NCBI GenBank assembly: GCA_048940925.1
Contig: JBHLOC010000001.1
Coordinates: 32,001 to 96,000 of the forward strand
Direction of reading: 5' to 3'
DNA length: 64,000 nt
From: Promethearchaeota archaeon
GTDB taxonomy: Archaea > Asgardarchaeota > Lokiarchaeia > Sigyniarchaeales > SOKP01
Part shown: piece by piece, positions 1 through 9,832 of the stretch
Layout of the letters: each line of letters starts with the position of its first letter
How positions within the stretch are numbered: the stretch's first letter is position 1
Notes under the pieces: model-generated
Seen by the model: only the letters and a program-made list of their open reading frames with translations
The model's database searches: none
What the model was told of the DNA's origin: nothing
Program-made: the position numbers and the translations under genes

Positions 1-2
1 TT

Positions 3-80
3 TCATATTATAATAAATATATTACTTTAGAAAATCTATGTTTACGTTTAGGATGGAATAAAGAAGAAGCTGAGGTTTAA
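3..80 (+). CDS. rplM: 50S ribosomal protein uL13, C-terminal fragment (5' end outside window)
   Basis: Own translation SYYNKYITLENLCLRLGWNKEEAEV* resembles the archaeal L13 C-terminus (KYITL..L...LGW). It lies directly upstream of uS9, the conserved order. Confidence 0.75.
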   Translation, partial: SYYNKYITLENLCLRLGWNKEEAEV

Positions 81-84
81 ATAA

Positions 85-495
85 ATGTCAATGAAAGTAG
101 TTCAAGCATCAGGCAAAAGGAAAACCGCAATAGCAAGAGCTGTATTAAGACATCCCGCAAAAGGACAAATAAAAATTAATAATATTCCATTAGATTTATA
201 TGAACCTGAGATTGCTCGGATGAGAATACAAGAAGTTATTGAAATAATAAATCATCCAAAACTTGAAAAATGTGATATTACTGTTCGAGTTAAGGGTGGG
301 GGAAAAATGGGCCAAACTGATGCTGTTCGGATGGCCATTGCAAAATCAATCTACAAATTTATTGGTACAAAAACAATAGAACGAGCTTTCAGAGAGTATG
401 ATGATTCATTGTTAAGTGGTGATTCAAGAAGAACTGAGCCAAAGAAATTCGGTGGGAAAAAAGCTCGAGCCCGAAGGCAGAAAAGTTTTAGATAA
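85..495 (+). CDS. rpsI: 30S ribosomal protein uS9
   Basis: SGKRKTAIARA, VKGGG..GQ.DAVR.AIAK and DSRRTEPKKFGG..ARARRQKSFR are uS9 signatures. Confidence 0.97.
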   Translation: MSMKVVQASGKRKTAIARAVLRHPAKGQIKINNIPLDLYEPEIARMRIQEVIEIINHPKLEKCDITVRVKGGGKMGQTDAVRMAIAKSIYKFIGTKTIERAFREYDDSLLSGDSRRTEPKKFGGKKARARRQKSFR

Positions 496-509
496 TTTCT
501 TTTAACAAT

Positions 510-1826
510 TCAAACTAATTCTAATTGAGCTCCTAATTTCTTTAAATCATTCAAGAAGGTAGGATAGGAGTCATTTACAATATCTATATTTTTTATTTGA
601 GATGAGGAAGAAGCATACAAAGCAGCAATACTGCAAGCCATAGCAATTCTATGATCGTTATCGTGATCTACATTAATACCTTTTAGGTTATTACAGCGCA
701 GTATTGTTAGCCTATCACTTTCTTCTATTACTTCGACACCCATTTTTTCTAATTCACGAGCTATAACCGATATTCTATCACACTCTTTACTTCTAAGATG
801 TAATGCATTAAAAAGTGTAGTTTTACCTTCAGCAAAAGCGCCTAAAACTGCTAAAATAGGAAAAAGATCTGGTATATCATGACAATCAATCTCCACCCCT
901 TTTAACGGGTAATTATTTAGGTTTCCTTCAATAATTACTTGATGACGACTTTCATCAATCTTAATATTAGCACCCATTTTATTTAGGATTTCAATTATTT
1001 TTGTATCTCCTTGAAAATTTTTTGTACTTAAATTGTTGATAATCACTTTTGATTCTTTACTACATAATACAGTTGCTGCGATGAGAAACGAGGCAGAAGA
1101 AAAATCTCCTGGAATTTCATAAGATTGGGCTCTATAATTTTGCTCGGTTGTTATATAAAATTTCCCCTCTTTGAAATTTTCTTGAATGTGTATACCAAAT
1201 GAGTTCAATACATCTAAAGTAATTTTTAAATATGGTGAAGATACTAATGGACTTGTTAATTCTATTTCAATATAATCTTTATTATCACACTTTAATAAAG
1301 GACATACTATCAATAAAGCTGTTATAAATTGTGAACTTATGTTTCCAGGAATCTTAACTTTGTTACATGAGACTTTTTTACGTTTAATTTGAAGTTTTTC
1401 ATTGGATAATTTAAATTTTGCTCCTAATGATTCAATTGAATTGAGGAGAGGAAGAAGAGGTCTTTTTCGCCTTATAAATTCACCAGTTAAAGTGAGTCCT
1501 CCTTTTACTAATAAACTTAAAACACTAAAAATTCTTATGGAAGTTCCAGAGTTTTTGCAATCAAGAGCTCTTTTATAGGGCTTAAATGAGCCTTTTGAAC
1601 GTTCTATTATATAAGAGCTATTATCAACTTTTAAGATTTTTATTCCTAATGACCTTAAAATATCTATTGTAACTCCGGCATCGCCAGAAACTAAAGGATT
1701 TTTAATTATAGAAATTCCATCTGCAAGGCTAGCAGCTATAAAGGCTCTATGTGAATAACTTTTAGATCCTGGTGCTGTGATTTCACCGTTTAGATTATTT
1801 GCTAATGGATTAATTTTGAGATCCAT
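510..1826 (-). CDS. aroA: 3-phosphoshikimate 1-carboxyvinyltransferase (EPSP synthase)
   Basis: PGSKSYSHR, NSGTSIR, SSQFITALL, GDFSSA, KECDRI and DHRIAM motifs. Confidence 0.96.
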   Translation of the reverse strand: MDLKINPLANNLNGEITAPGSKSYSHRAFIAASLADGISIIKNPLVSGDAGVTIDILRSLGIKILKVDNSSYIIERSKGSFKPYKRALDCKNSGTSIRIFSVLSLLVKGGLTLTGEFIRRKRPLLPLLNSIESLGAKFKLSNEKLQIKRKKVSCNKVKIPGNISSQFITALLIVCPLLKCDNKDYIEIELTSPLVSSPYLKITLDVLNSFGIHIQENFKEGKFYITTEQNYRAQSYEIPGDFSSASFLIAATVLCSKESKVIINNLSTKNFQGDTKIIEILNKMGANIKIDESRHQVIIEGNLNNYPLKGVEIDCHDIPDLFPILAVLGAFAEGKTTLFNALHLRSKECDRISVIARELEKMGVEVIEESDRLTILRCNNLKGINVDHDNDHRIAMACSIAALYASSSSQIKNIDIVNDSYPTFLNDLKKLGAQLELV

Positions 1827-1916
1827 TACATAATAAATAGAAATTAAAAGATATAATATTAATTAATATTGAAGAAAAATTATTATCTTATGAAGTTTAA
1901 ATGTATGTGATTTTAC

Positions 1917-3023
1917 GTGAATAACTCATTTGGAACAATCTTTAAAATAACTTCTTTTGGAGAGAGTCATGGTGAGTTAGTCGGTGTAATTATAGATGGG
2001 ATTCCAGCAGGTCTTAATTTTAATCTAACATTAATTCAAAAAGAATTAAATATGAGAAGACCTGGTCAATCTAACATTACCACTTCACGCAATGAAGAAG
2101 ATAAAGTAAAGGTTGTGTCAGGAATTTTCAAGAAAAAAACGACAGGAGCTCCAATTTGTTTAATTATAGAAAATGAAGATCTTAATTCCTTACCATATGA
2201 AAAATTTAAAAATTTTCTACGACCCTCTCACGCAGATTATACCGCATTAATAAAATATGGAGGAAATTCTGATTATCGAGGTTCAGGACGATTTTCTGGC
2301 AGAATTACAGCGGGGTTCGTAATTGCGGGAGCTTTGGCTAAACAAATACTACAAAAATACAATATTACTATATTTGCATACACAAAAAGTATTGGAGATA
2401 TAATTGATGATAAGGACTATACGTCATATGATTATCATGAATTGATCGATTTAAGAGAAAAATCTATAACTAGATCGTTAGATATAAATAAATCACGGTT
2501 AATGGAAGATAGAATCGTAAAAGTTAAAAATCTAAAAGATTCAATTGGAGGGACTATAAGATGTATAACAAAAAATTTTCCAGAAGGGAAAGGGGGTCCA
2601 ATTTTCAATGGTCTTGAATCTATTATAAGTAAAGCAATTTTTTCTATACCAGCTATAAAAGGAATAGAGTTTGGAGCAGGATTTAAATCAGCACAGATGA
2701 AAGGATCTGAACATAATGATCCCTGGATTATTAAAGATGGGAAAATACAAACTATGAAAAATGATGCGGGAGGCATAATTGGTGGAATTTCAACGGGAAT
2801 GCCTATTGAATTTACAGTTGTTGTAAAACCACCTTCTTCAATAGGTATCTCTCAAAAAACTGTAAATATTGAAACGAAAAAGAATGTAGAAATTGAATTT
2901 TCTGGAAGACATGACCCATGCATTATACCTCGAGTTATCCCCGCAGTTGAAGCTATGACTGCAATTGTATTGCTAGATTGCCTATTAATAGAAGGTTTTA
3001 TTCCAAAAGTCTTAAAATCTTAA
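1917..3023 (+). CDS. aroC: chorismate synthase
   Basis: GESHG, RRPGQS, RPSHAD, GIIGGISTG and GRHDPCI motifs; divergent from aroA. Confidence 0.97.
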   Translation: MNNSFGTIFKITSFGESHGELVGVIIDGIPAGLNFNLTLIQKELNMRRPGQSNITTSRNEEDKVKVVSGIFKKKTTGAPICLIIENEDLNSLPYEKFKNFLRPSHADYTALIKYGGNSDYRGSGRFSGRITAGFVIAGALAKQILQKYNITIFAYTKSIGDIIDDKDYTSYDYHELIDLREKSITRSLDINKSRLMEDRIVKVKNLKDSIGGTIRCITKNFPEGKGGPIFNGLESIISKAIFSIPAIKGIEFGAGFKSAQMKGSEHNDPWIIKDGKIQTMKNDAGGIIGGISTGMPIEFTVVVKPPSSIGISQKTVNIETKKNVEIEFSGRHDPCIIPRVIPAVEAMTAIVLLDCLLIEGFIPKVLKS

Positions 3024-3129
3024 ATTTCAACATAATCTACTTAAATTGATGATTAAACATCATTTTATATTCCAAAAAAAAAATAAAAACAATTAACTAT
3101 ACTAGTAAAATATTGTAATGTGATTCATC

Positions 3130-3363
3130 ATGACAACATCAATTCAAGAAGAATTTATAGAAAAAGTAATAAAATTAATTGATCGATGGTCTTTTGAGAT
3201 GTGTGCTTTCTGTGATAATGGGTCGATGGTTTCGATAGAAGGTATGCTTGATTTTAAATGTAGTAGATGTGGAAAACGAATGACTCCTGTTACATATTTG
3301 GGAGAAATTGCCAAAGAGGTTTTCAAATATAGAGATCAAGTGGAAAATTCAAATAATGAGTAA
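3130..3363 (+). CDS. small Zn-ribbon-like hypothetical protein
   Basis: ATG-start 77-aa ORF with CAFC and CSRC cysteine pairs. Confidence 0.65.
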   Translation: MTTSIQEEFIEKVIKLIDRWSFEMCAFCDNGSMVSIEGMLDFKCSRCGKRMTPVTYLGEIAKEVFKYRDQVENSNNE

Positions 3364-3461
3364 CCGAATGGCAATCTATTTTAAAAAAAATTAAATATTT
3401 TAATGTGTTGGAATCTTAAGATTCTCATGAATTCTTCTTCTATAGAATAACATCACTCTAG

Positions 3462-4895
3462 GTGTGTAAAATTAAATTACCAATTACTGCAGTAATGCTT
3501 GGGGCTGGGAGAAGAGGGCTTCAAGTATATGGAGAGTATGCTTTAAAAAATAAAAAAAAATTAAAATTTATTGCTGTTGCCGAACCTATTAAAACAAGAT
3601 GTCAAAAATTCGCTGAACAACACAAGATTCCTTCAAATCGGTGCTATAAAAGTTGGGAAGATTTACTTCAAGAAGAAAGATTTGCAGATGTAGCATTTGT
3701 TTGCACACAAGATCAAATGCATACAAAACCAACCTTATTAGCCTTAGAAAAAGGGTATCATGTGCTTTTGGAAAAACCTATGGCTCATAGATTAGAAGAT
3801 TGTATAAAAATTGTGAAAAAAGTAGAAGAAACAGGAAGAATCTTAGGTGTAAGTCATGTTTTAAGATATACTGGTTTTTTTTCAACTATATATGAAATAA
3901 TAAGGAGAGGATTATTAGGAGATATAGTTAATATTTCTCATAGAGAAAATATAATGTGGTATCATTATGCTCATAGTTTTATCAGAGGACCATGGTCAAA
4001 TGTTGAAAAATCTTCTCCAATGATATTAGCAAAATGTTGTCATGATCTTGATTTACTTTTTCATTTAGTAGGGTCACTTCCAAAGAAAATTAGTTCTTTT
4101 GGAAGTTTATTGCATTTTAAACCTGAAAATGCTCCAAAAGGAGCTCCAAAATATTGTTTAGATGGATGCGCTGCTAAAGATGAATGCCTCTATTACGCTC
4201 CAAGAACATATATTGATATTATCCCAATTATCCAAATGTTGGAAAAAAGTGATAATACGTTTCTAAAGTTATTAGGAAAGTTAAGAAAGAACTATGTGAA
4301 TTTCTTCACATTTTTGTCAAAAATAATAAAACCACTTAAAGAATTACGACACTATCGAGATTTTCCAATTTATTATTTATATCGTGGTCAAAAAGAAGAT
4401 TATAGCGATAAGGCTAAGCTTGAGATTCTGAAAAATAGCCAATATGGAAAATGTGTATATCATTGCGATAATGATGTAGTAGATCATCAAGTGGTTAATA
4501 TTGAATTTGAAAACGGAGTTACGGCTAATTTAACTATGCATGGTTTCAGTGAACAAGAAGGTCGAACTTTAAGAATTGATGGAACAAAGGCAACATTAAT
4601 AGGTGAATTTCATATAAGTGGTGAGAGGATTATTCTCTATGATCATTTTACTGGGACAGAAAAGCTTGTCTTTAAAAAAAAAATGACACGTGAATCCGGT
4701 GAGCATGGTGTAGGAGATTTTGAACTAGTAGATGCCTACATTACATCACTCATTAATAAAAGAAAAACTCAACCGTTAACAAGTGCACAGGAGACACTCG
4801 AAAGTCACTTAATGGCTTTTGCTGCCAATGAATCACGTTTAAAAGGAATTGTGGTTGATATGGAAAAATTTCGTGAAAGAGCTGTACAAATCTGA
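3462..4895 (+). CDS. Gfo/Idh/MocA family NAD(P)-dependent oxidoreductase
   Basis: GAGRRG Rossmann start, HVLLEKP, KCCHDLD and CVY.CDNDVVDHQVV motifs. Confidence 0.9.
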   Translation: MCKIKLPITAVMLGAGRRGLQVYGEYALKNKKKLKFIAVAEPIKTRCQKFAEQHKIPSNRCYKSWEDLLQEERFADVAFVCTQDQMHTKPTLLALEKGYHVLLEKPMAHRLEDCIKIVKKVEETGRILGVSHVLRYTGFFSTIYEIIRRGLLGDIVNISHRENIMWYHYAHSFIRGPWSNVEKSSPMILAKCCHDLDLLFHLVGSLPKKISSFGSLLHFKPENAPKGAPKYCLDGCAAKDECLYYAPRTYIDIIPIIQMLEKSDNTFLKLLGKLRKNYVNFFTFLSKIIKPLKELRHYRDFPIYYLYRGQKEDYSDKAKLEILKNSQYGKCVYHCDNDVVDHQVVNIEFENGVTANLTMHGFSEQEGRTLRIDGTKATLIGEFHISGERIILYDHFTGTEKLVFKKKMTRESGEHGVGDFELVDAYITSLINKRKTQPLTSAQETLESHLMAFAANESRLKGIVVDMEKFRERAVQI

Positions 4896-5008
4896 ATGGG
4901 TCATCAATAATTACTTATATAAGAATGTAATAATTATAGTTAATTTATTATAATTAACAATATAAGATATTATATATTTAAATTCAAATTTTGGATTGAC
5001 AACATATA

Positions 5009-5239
5009 ATGGATAAGAAAATTGATACATCAGAACAGTTTATAGAGTTTTACAAAAAAAAGGGAGATTATTTGGTAACTCTTTCTGAAAATCATTTTAA
5101 GAATATAGAATATCGAAAGTGTCTTGAATTACTAAATCAGGCATATAGTATGTATATGAAAGGTAATTATACTGATTTAGCTAATAAAACAAAAGAAAGA
5201 TTCATGGAAATCAAAAAGAAATATTTTACTAACAAATAG
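5009..5239 (+). CDS. small helical hypothetical protein (TPR-like)
   Basis: Clean 76-aa ORF with an amphipathic helical pattern (YRKCLELLNQAYSMY). Confidence 0.6.
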   Translation: MDKKIDTSEQFIEFYKKKGDYLVTLSENHFKNIEYRKCLELLNQAYSMYMKGNYTDLANKTKERFMEIKKKYFTNK

Positions 5240-5247
5240 AACTGAGT

Positions 5248-5739
5248 TTAGGTACTGAAATTCTTTTCTAACTTGTCTTCGATATCTTCAATATGAGTCC
5301 CTTTCCAAAAGACCTTTTTACAATCTAAATTAGAGCACTGAAAGAACTCATTATAATGCTTGAAGGTATCTTCTAAAACAATATTTTTTACCAAATTTTT
5401 GTCTTTAATTTTAATTAAAAGTGAATTACACTTTGAACATCTTGCTCGTTCAATTTTAAAATCAAAGGTTAATCCTAACCTTCTTTTAAGTTGATTTAAG
5501 TAATTATATACTCCTTCTCCTTTCAGGTATAGACTTCTACTTCTATAAGAATTATAGAGAGGGTAATCCTTAGTTATAATAATCCGATCATCTTTTTGAG
5601 CAAATTCAATTAATTTTTCATCCGGAACAGGATCAATTTTAAAACTTTTAATTAAATCGTTAGCATATATAGTATCGTAACCAAAAATTCTAAGGAAACG
5701 TGCTAGTTTTCCTAGCATTGCATCTACTAAGAATTTCAT
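5248..5739 (-). CDS. Mut7-C RNase domain (PIN-like) protein with Zn ribbon
   Basis: FLVDAMLGKLARFLRIFGYDT, RIIITKD, RCSKCN and C...CKKVFWKGTH. Confidence 0.9.
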   Translation of the reverse strand: MKFLVDAMLGKLARFLRIFGYDTIYANDLIKSFKIDPVPDEKLIEFAQKDDRIIITKDYPLYNSYRSRSLYLKGEGVYNYLNQLKRRLGLTFDFKIERARCSKCNSLLIKIKDKNLVKNIVLEDTFKHYNEFFQCSNLDCKKVFWKGTHIEDIEDKLEKNFST

Positions 5740-5844
5740 ATTTAGAAGTTAACGCTCTTGTTAATTCCTATTATATTAAATATATTTAAAACATGTAATA
5801 AATTATATAATTGAAATTTAATCAAAAAAAAACTAAAATTATCT

Positions 5845-6372
5845 ATGGAAGCTAAAGATTTAATGGAAAAAGCAGTCAAATTTCATGGGCATATATGTCC
5901 AGGTTTAGCAATAGGAGTCCTAGCGGCAAAATATCTGCTAGAGAATGGGTTTAAATATTCTCCTAATGAAGAAATAGTGGCACTCGTTGAAAATGATAAT
6001 TGTAGTATTGATGCACTTCAAGTTTTATTAGGAACAACATATGGGAAAGGTAATCTTATACACCAAGATTATGGAAAACTAAATTATTATTTCTATAATA
6101 GAGAAACTAAAAAAGCGGTAAAATTAACTATCAAAAATAAGGATTTTGGAAATAAAAAATTATCTAAAATGGAGCGGGTTCAAAAAATTTTAAAATCAAA
6201 GCCTAAGGATATTTTTAATGTATACGAACTAGAATTTAATCCTCCTGGATTAGCAGAAATAGAGGAATCTATACCGTGTGATATATGTGGTGAACTTACT
6301 ATGAATAGCCGGCTTATGTTCTATGAAAATAGCACGATGTGCATTCCTTGTTATAGGGCTCGTAGAAAGTAA
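5845..6372 (+). CDS. FmdE family protein (formylmethanofuran dehydrogenase subunit E-like) with C-terminal Zn finger
   Basis: FHGHICPGLAIG, C..DALQV..GTT.GKGNL and CDICGE...CIPC. Confidence 0.9.
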   Translation: MEAKDLMEKAVKFHGHICPGLAIGVLAAKYLLENGFKYSPNEEIVALVENDNCSIDALQVLLGTTYGKGNLIHQDYGKLNYYFYNRETKKAVKLTIKNKDFGNKKLSKMERVQKILKSKPKDIFNVYELEFNPPGLAEIEESIPCDICGELTMNSRLMFYENSTMCIPCYRARRK

Positions 6373-6380
6373 TTTTTACT

Positions 6381-6843
6381 ATAAGTGCACCTATAACTTG
6401 TCGTTCAATTTTAATTCATTTGGTTCCATTTTTTAAAATTTTCATGAAATTTCACCCTACCAATTCTGAAAAATTTAGAACGGAGAAAAATCAAAAATGG
6501 GTCTGTTTTGATAAGATACCCTTAAGCATCGTACCAAAAATAAAAAAAATTGATGAAAACAATGAAAAAATCGTTATATAAAATGAATTATACAATGTTA
6601 CTATTTCAGGGACGATTTGATGCTGACATTAAAAAAGAGAGCATGAATTATATTTACAATAACATTAATTCTAAAAAAAAGTGGAAAATTTGGTTAGAAC
6701 ATAATGATCATTCAATATTAAATAACCCAGATCATAATCAAATAGTTTTAGAACTTGTAAAATTTAAAAAAAATTTGTCCTTAAATTATTTATTATTAAA
6801 TAAATTACTTAAAATATCAAGATTAGACATTTGTACTTTTTAA
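6381..6843 (+). pseudogene. 5'-truncated, frameshifted alpha/beta hydrolase (carboxylesterase-like) remnant
   Basis: The frame from 6381 reads ISAPITCRSILIHLVPFFK...FDKIPLSIVPKIKK. It shifts in the A-run near 6542-6549 into LMKTMKKSL...LLFQGRFD...IWLEHNDHSI (acid/His half). There is no N-terminus or GxSxG motif. Confidence 0.65.
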
Positions 6844-6997
6844 AATCTAAATTATGAATAATATACTTTTTCTAAGAAGGATAGTTGAATATCTATACTT
6901 TATTTTTATTGTAAAAAAAGAGAGGAAATTAACGATATTAAAAAAAATCGTAATTAAACAATAATTTTAATTATTTTCTAACTAAGATGAATAACCT

Positions 6998-8230
6998 ATG
7001 ATTAAAAATATTGATAAGGGGAATACTTTATTGGTAAAAGGACCTGCTAGAATAACTGTTTTGGAGGGTAAAATAGACGTATTTAGTAAGATTTTTCTTC
7101 CCTTAAAAAAAAGAGATAGTCAAGTTGAATTTGATATTGAAGAGAAAAATGTAATGATAATTCAAAGTGCCCAAATCTTTCCTTTATATGCACAACAGAA
7201 TTCAAAATTAGAAATTTACACTAATGTTGAAGAAAATCTTAATATAGTAGAGGAAAATTCTGTTATTCCTGAATGGGCTGAAATTAAAGATGAAATTATC
7301 AAAAAGTTAAAAGAGGCACCTGATTCAAATTTAAAAATAATGGTATTAGGAATTAGTAGCGGAAAAACAACTCTTATTAAGTATTTAGCTAATAGTTTTA
7401 TAAAAGAGGGTCTAAAAGGAGGTTATCTTGATTCTGATCTTGGACAACAAATAATTTATCTTCCAACAACATTAAATATTGGTTCAATTAAGGACTATAT
7501 TATATCAAGTGAAGATGTCAATTCTGAAGAAACAGTTTTTATAGGAAACACTTTTCCAAAAGGAAATTATAAATTTATTGTTTCTCTTTCTTGTAAGAAA
7601 TTAATCGACAGATATTTTGAAAAAAATAAACATACTGATTTCGTCTTAATCGATACAGATGGTTGGATCAAAACTGAAGCAGGTATACTCTACAAAAATT
7701 TTTTCATAAAAACAGTTGATCCAGATATCCTGATCATATTTCATGATGATACAATTGAAGAACTAAAAGAAATAGAAAAGACAGCATCAAAATTAAGAAA
7801 AGATAGAAAAATCTACTTGATAAAGGAGATAAACAAATATTTTTATGATAAAAATAAAGAAGAGAGAAGATTCTTGAGACAAAGTCAATTTTCCAAAAAA
7901 TTTGAAGAGTTTAGAAAAATTTCAATTCCATTAGAAGATATAGAATTTATAAAAATGGATTATGATAAAGATAATGATACTTTGATTGAAAAGAAAATTG
8001 ATATTAATGAACTCATTAATCTTCCTTATCATTATGTTATAATAGGCTTATTTACAGAGAATTCTGAATTAATAGAAATAGGTCTTCTTTTTACTGTAAA
8101 TATTGAGAAAAACTACATATTACTTTACTCAAACTTGAGTTATAAACAACAAATTCAAGTGAAAAAAATTTCACTTGGGAGCCTGAGATTATCAATAAAA
8201 GGGAATCATCAAGGATATTTATATTTATGA
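6998..8230 (+). CDS. Clp1/Grc3-family polynucleotide 5'-hydroxyl kinase
   Basis: N-terminal LLVKGPARI, P-loop-like GISSGKTT, DSDLGQ, DTDGW and lid ERRFLR. Confidence 0.85.
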   Translation: MIKNIDKGNTLLVKGPARITVLEGKIDVFSKIFLPLKKRDSQVEFDIEEKNVMIIQSAQIFPLYAQQNSKLEIYTNVEENLNIVEENSVIPEWAEIKDEIIKKLKEAPDSNLKIMVLGISSGKTTLIKYLANSFIKEGLKGGYLDSDLGQQIIYLPTTLNIGSIKDYIISSEDVNSEETVFIGNTFPKGNYKFIVSLSCKKLIDRYFEKNKHTDFVLIDTDGWIKTEAGILYKNFFIKTVDPDILIIFHDDTIEELKEIEKTASKLRKDRKIYLIKEINKYFYDKNKEERRFLRQSQFSKKFEEFRKISIPLEDIEFIKMDYDKDNDTLIEKKIDINELINLPYHYVIIGLFTENSELIEIGLLFTVNIEKNYILLYSNLSYKQQIQVKKISLGSLRLSIKGNHQGYLYL

Positions 8231-8389
8231 TCATATCTTTAAAGACTTGAGAAAATTAAACAATTCAAATTTTTCTATTTTATTAATACATAAAGAAAGA
8301 GACTTTTTTTAGTAATGAGTAAAAAAATATAAAAAAAGATTGAATTAAAATTAATATAACATAAGTATATTGTCTTTTATTGATTTTTA

Positions 8390-9829
8390 ATGGAAGAAAA
8401 TTTGCTAAATAAATTTCTTAAGCTAATGTCTACTAGTATATCAGATTCTGATCTAGATCTAGTACAATTAGGACATTCATTAGGACTTAATTTAGTATCA
8501 TTTGCGGAATTAAGGGCTTCACAAGAAAATTCATTTATTGATTTGGTGAGAAGGAGAGCTTTAGAGAAAATGAAGAAAGATAATGATAATTTTCTTATCA
8601 ATAACGATTCTTTTTATGTTGGTAGTATCGATTTTATGGTTTCTGATGAACCAGATGGTAAAAGGTTTTTCTTATTAGAAACAAATGGAGGATCTCATCG
8701 GGGACTTTCCATAATCTCAAAAAAACAACAAGAACTATTATTTAATGGATATCTTGAAGCAATTAATCATGCAATTAGATTAAATAACCATGACATTGAT
8801 AAGGTATTTATATTAGTTGGGGTGCCTGTCAATGATGCATTAATTCACGAAAAAGTTATTATGATTGAATACTTTAGAAAAGCTTTAAAATCAAAATTTT
8901 ATTCAGTTAAAATTTTTAATACAGGAAACTATGATAAAGAATTTAAAGCTGATATTGTCTTTTTAATTGCTGATTATAAACAGCTTTCTAATAATCTCTC
9001 ATTTTCTAATAATTGGGTTAAATATAAGGGTGAAGAAGTAAGTGTTTTAATAGGGGATGGAATTGCTAGACGTTTTAATGATGAGAAATTCATAACACAA
9101 ATTAAAGAAAATTACCATCAAATTAACACTATTATTGTCAATCCCATATATAGAATCACCGATGATAAATCTTTAACATACTTGGCTAGTTATTTCTGTA
9201 AAGATATTTTAGAAAAATATAACCTTAGATACCTTCTATTCACTAAAGCATTTAGTGAAGCAGATTTACTAGAAAAGCTACAATATTTATTAAAAAAGTA
9301 TAGAAAATCATTTGTTATTAAACCTAGTGGAGGTTCAGGGGGTGCAGGAATAATTCCAGTATCTAGAGATGAAGATTCTGCAAGTATTAAAAACATAATT
9401 GAAGAGAGCAAGAAAGAATTTTTTGCAAAGTTTATGAAAAACCGTAATCCTTTTCCCTATACTATTCAAGAAAAGGCAAATTTTTCATTGATTGATTGGC
9501 AGAATAAAAAACATACTTTTGATTTAAGAATATATTTAACTCAACGAAATAATATGATAATCCCCATAGGGGGATTAGCTAGAATTGCACGTGGAAATTA
9601 TATTAATGGTTTAAAGAAACAGGAATTTGTAGTAAATTTATCTGGGTATAATGGTCAAATCGAAGTTAAGAGAGGAATTGGGTTCTCAGAAAAAAATTGT
9701 AAAGTATTAAATTTGATTAATGATGATTTAGTAAACATGTTTTGTATTGGTTGTGTATTGTTTGCTTATATGGTAAGAAATTACGAAAAAATTATAAATT
9801 TCTCTGATTGGAATACAATTGTTGATTAA
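8390..9829 (+). CDS. circularly permuted ATP-grasp amide/peptide ligase
   Basis: IKPSGGSGGAGI, IQE, FDLRIY...GGLARIA...VVNLS. The D...E-x-N metal-binding strands (IDFMV...FFLLETNGG) lie near the N-terminus. Confidence 0.8.
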   Translation: MEENLLNKFLKLMSTSISDSDLDLVQLGHSLGLNLVSFAELRASQENSFIDLVRRRALEKMKKDNDNFLINNDSFYVGSIDFMVSDEPDGKRFFLLETNGGSHRGLSIISKKQQELLFNGYLEAINHAIRLNNHDIDKVFILVGVPVNDALIHEKVIMIEYFRKALKSKFYSVKIFNTGNYDKEFKADIVFLIADYKQLSNNLSFSNNWVKYKGEEVSVLIGDGIARRFNDEKFITQIKENYHQINTIIVNPIYRITDDKSLTYLASYFCKDILEKYNLRYLLFTKAFSEADLLEKLQYLLKKYRKSFVIKPSGGSGGAGIIPVSRDEDSASIKNIIEESKKEFFAKFMKNRNPFPYTIQEKANFSLIDWQNKKHTFDLRIYLTQRNNMIIPIGGLARIARGNYINGLKKQEFVVNLSGYNGQIEVKRGIGFSEKNCKVLNLINDDLVNMFCIGCVLFAYMVRNYEKIINFSDWNTIVD

Positions 9830-9832
9830 ACT

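Noticed and set aside
8390-9829. Direct orthologue of eukaryotic tubulin-tyrosine ligase
   Set aside because: FDLRIY is TTL-like, but the permuted motif order and GGLARIA/VVNLS fit circularly permuted ATP-grasp families better.
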